DNA of 63,875 bases, the filler included, from Reclinomonas americana ATCC 50394 (lineage: Eukaryota), in the NCBI GenBank assembly GCA_048213135.1. It is 20 parts of 20 records of this genome, joined end to end, with 100 filler letters (N's around TTAATTAATTAA, not from the genome) between each part and the next. Parts side by side here need not be neighbours in the genome. Positions count along the whole stretch, not along the records: positions 61,572 to 62,715 come from AFZH01018133.1; positions 62,816 to 63,875 come from AFZH01018138.1; 18 more parts are not named here. The stretch is one strand, 5' to 3'. A program made the position numbers and the translations under genes. Shown one piece after another: positions 62,256 to 63,875 of the stretch; position 1 is the stretch's first letter; each line of letters starts with the position of its first letter. Under the pieces are notes generated by a model. It searched no databases. It saw only the letters and a list, made by a program, of their open reading frames with translations, and was not told the DNA's origin.

Positions 62256-62715
62256 TGGACAAACAAAAGGACAATCGATGAGTCACACGCAAAATCCTGC
62301 GCACGCAGCACATTGATGCCTTTCGCTGCATTACACCATCAGTGGAGAAGCTGCATCGACGCCGTGCAAACGGCATTCAAGAAACATGTTGCGTTGACGA
62401 CCAAAGTGGACAAAGGACAATCGATGAGTCATACGGCCGAGAAGCGCCCTTGTTGCACACTCAGCAATCGATGGCTCCACCGATCAGCTGCTTCGGCTCC
62501 GCTAAAGAGGCATTCAGTCTTGTTCCACGGAGGAGTGGACAAATCAGCACGGACAATTGTGACTCACACAAGCGCCTCATCGCACACACACGCACAGGAT
62601 GTTATCGCTTCCTGCACCGATCGCATCACCGCACACCTGCTTGCACAAGAGGCAACCCACAGACTGATGTATTTTGAAAGCGGACAAGGGACAAATCGGC
62701 CGATGAGTCACATGC
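62256..62715. promoter_or_regulatory. Four ~140-bp degenerate tandem units, each with GGACAA..GGACAA plus TGAGTCA/TGACTCA (AP-1/GCN4-type site), immediately 5' of MBF1
   Basis: Cores at 62256-62290, 62407-62437, 62536-62572 and 62681-62715. The nearest ends about 30 nt from the MBF1 ATG. The regulatory role is inferred. Confidence 0.55.
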
Positions 62716-62815
62716 NNNNNNNNNNNNNNNNNNNNNNNNNNNNNNNNNNNNNNNNNNNNTTAATTAATTAANNNNNNNNNNNNNNNNNNNNNNNNNNNNN
62801 NNNNNNNNNNNNNNN

Positions 62816-63774
62816 CCGGCGGAGCAGGTGCCGCCGCCGTCGATCAAGAAAAGTCCGCCACCACAAAAGCAGCAGCAGCAGCAGCAGCAACAGCAACAGA
62901 GGTCACCCAAGCATGCACATCCGCAGGCACCCGCTGGTGGTGGTCCCAAGCCAGTGGTGGCTCCAGCCGCCGCTGGTGGGCAGGCGGCCGACGCAGCGGC
63001 ACCACCAATGTCCAAGCGGGCGGAGAAGCGACAGCGCGCGGAAAAATTGCAAAAGCAACGCACAGCGAGAAAGGTCGCGGCTGCGCAGGCAGCTGCTCGA
63101 GCCACTGGCGCGGAGCACACTGATGTGGATTTGATGAAATTGGAGCCACCGCACCCCGTGCCGCCACACTTGGAGCTCCCGTCGCGTCGCATCGGTGCGT
63201 GCCCTCTTGAGTGGTGGTTTTTATGACACAGTGAATGCTGATCCTCCTCGCAGCCGCCCTCGAGTCGGCCCCGGCTGTGTATATGCCCGACTTTTTGGAT
63301 GGGGACGACGATGAGGACGACGCCTTTACGTTTGGTGGACCAGTGGAACGATCGCACTCGGACGACGAGGACAATGATGCGGCAGTGGCGGGCGACGACG
63401 ACGCAGATACCGACAATGCCGATCATCTGCTGGCCGCCCCGCCGGCGACGACGGCAAGCGTGGCAACAACGACAACGGCGACTTCCGATGAAGCCGTGCA
63501 TGATGCAGACGCCGAAAAGTTCTTGCGTGAAGTCTCCGACACGGCGACACCCGAGTCAGGTGTGCTAGTTCTTTTTTTTATCGCGCGACAACCCCTGCTT
63601 TGGCTCACGCGCATAATAGCCTCACCTCCGACGACGGTGCACACGGCGCCTGCCATGGTCGCCCCCGGTGTCGTGCCGCACCTGGCCCCGTCAAGAACCC
63701 CCGGTGGTCCCGTGCAAATACCGGCAATGCCGGTGATTGCCGCTGTGCCTGGAGTGCCGCCGGGATTGCCGCCG
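62816..63774 (+). CDS. Hypothetical low-complexity protein (Gln/Pro/Ala-rich and acidic), internal exons
   Basis: Three phased exons with GT-AG introns (about 63195-63253 and 63560-63619): ..MSKRAEKRQRAEKLQKQR..|AALESAPAVYMPDFLDGDDDE..|ASPPTTVH.. Confidence 0.55.
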
Positions 63775-63823
63775 GTGTGTGGGAGAAGGGGAAAGAAGGA
63801 GGGAGGGAAGGGTAAAGGGGGTA

Positions 63824-63875
<52 letters not shown>

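Noticed and set aside
62256..62715. CRISPR-like repeat/spacer appearance
   Set aside because: The 'spacers' are ~100 nt and homologous to each other, the repeats are degenerate, no cas genes are present, and the context is eukaryotic. It is a tandem repeat.

Overview
This is eukaryotic nuclear DNA, not prokaryotic. It is a gene-dense, extremely intron-rich scaffold from a protist that probably has flagella (LRRC51, BBOF1/CFAP157-like) and mitochondria (small Tim). The lineage cannot be fixed from this window. Twenty contigs are joined by 19 artificial 100-nt spacers (N44-TTAATTAATTAA-N44) that hide unknown amounts of real sequence. I rebuilt exon chains by hand for about 17 recognisable genes: PP6, an FG-GAP/TM/RING protein, COPA, BBOF1-like, LRRC51, RmlD/MAT2B, Tim13-like, RalGAP, a PHD protein, a Crinkler-like nuclease, Josephin, SLC35F5, an HDAC11-like enzyme, a kinase-pseudokinase, F-box/LRR, ALDH and MBF1, plus several orphans. 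The standard genetic code is used, and TAA, TAG and TGA all serve as stops. The most unusual biology is in splicing. (1) A major class of 5' splice sites reads |GTTGCG, the common G|GTGCG motif shifted by one base, and it is used mostly when the exon does not end in G. (2) ALDH contains two overlapping introns that share one G, a stwintron-like 'minus-1-nt exon', needed to keep the frame. (3) There are runs of 5-16 nt microexons. Other points of interest are two convergent stop codons 3 nt apart, a tandem AP-1/GCN4-site array upstream of MBF1, and a two-copy conserved non-coding element. All counts are manual and approximate. No database searches were run.
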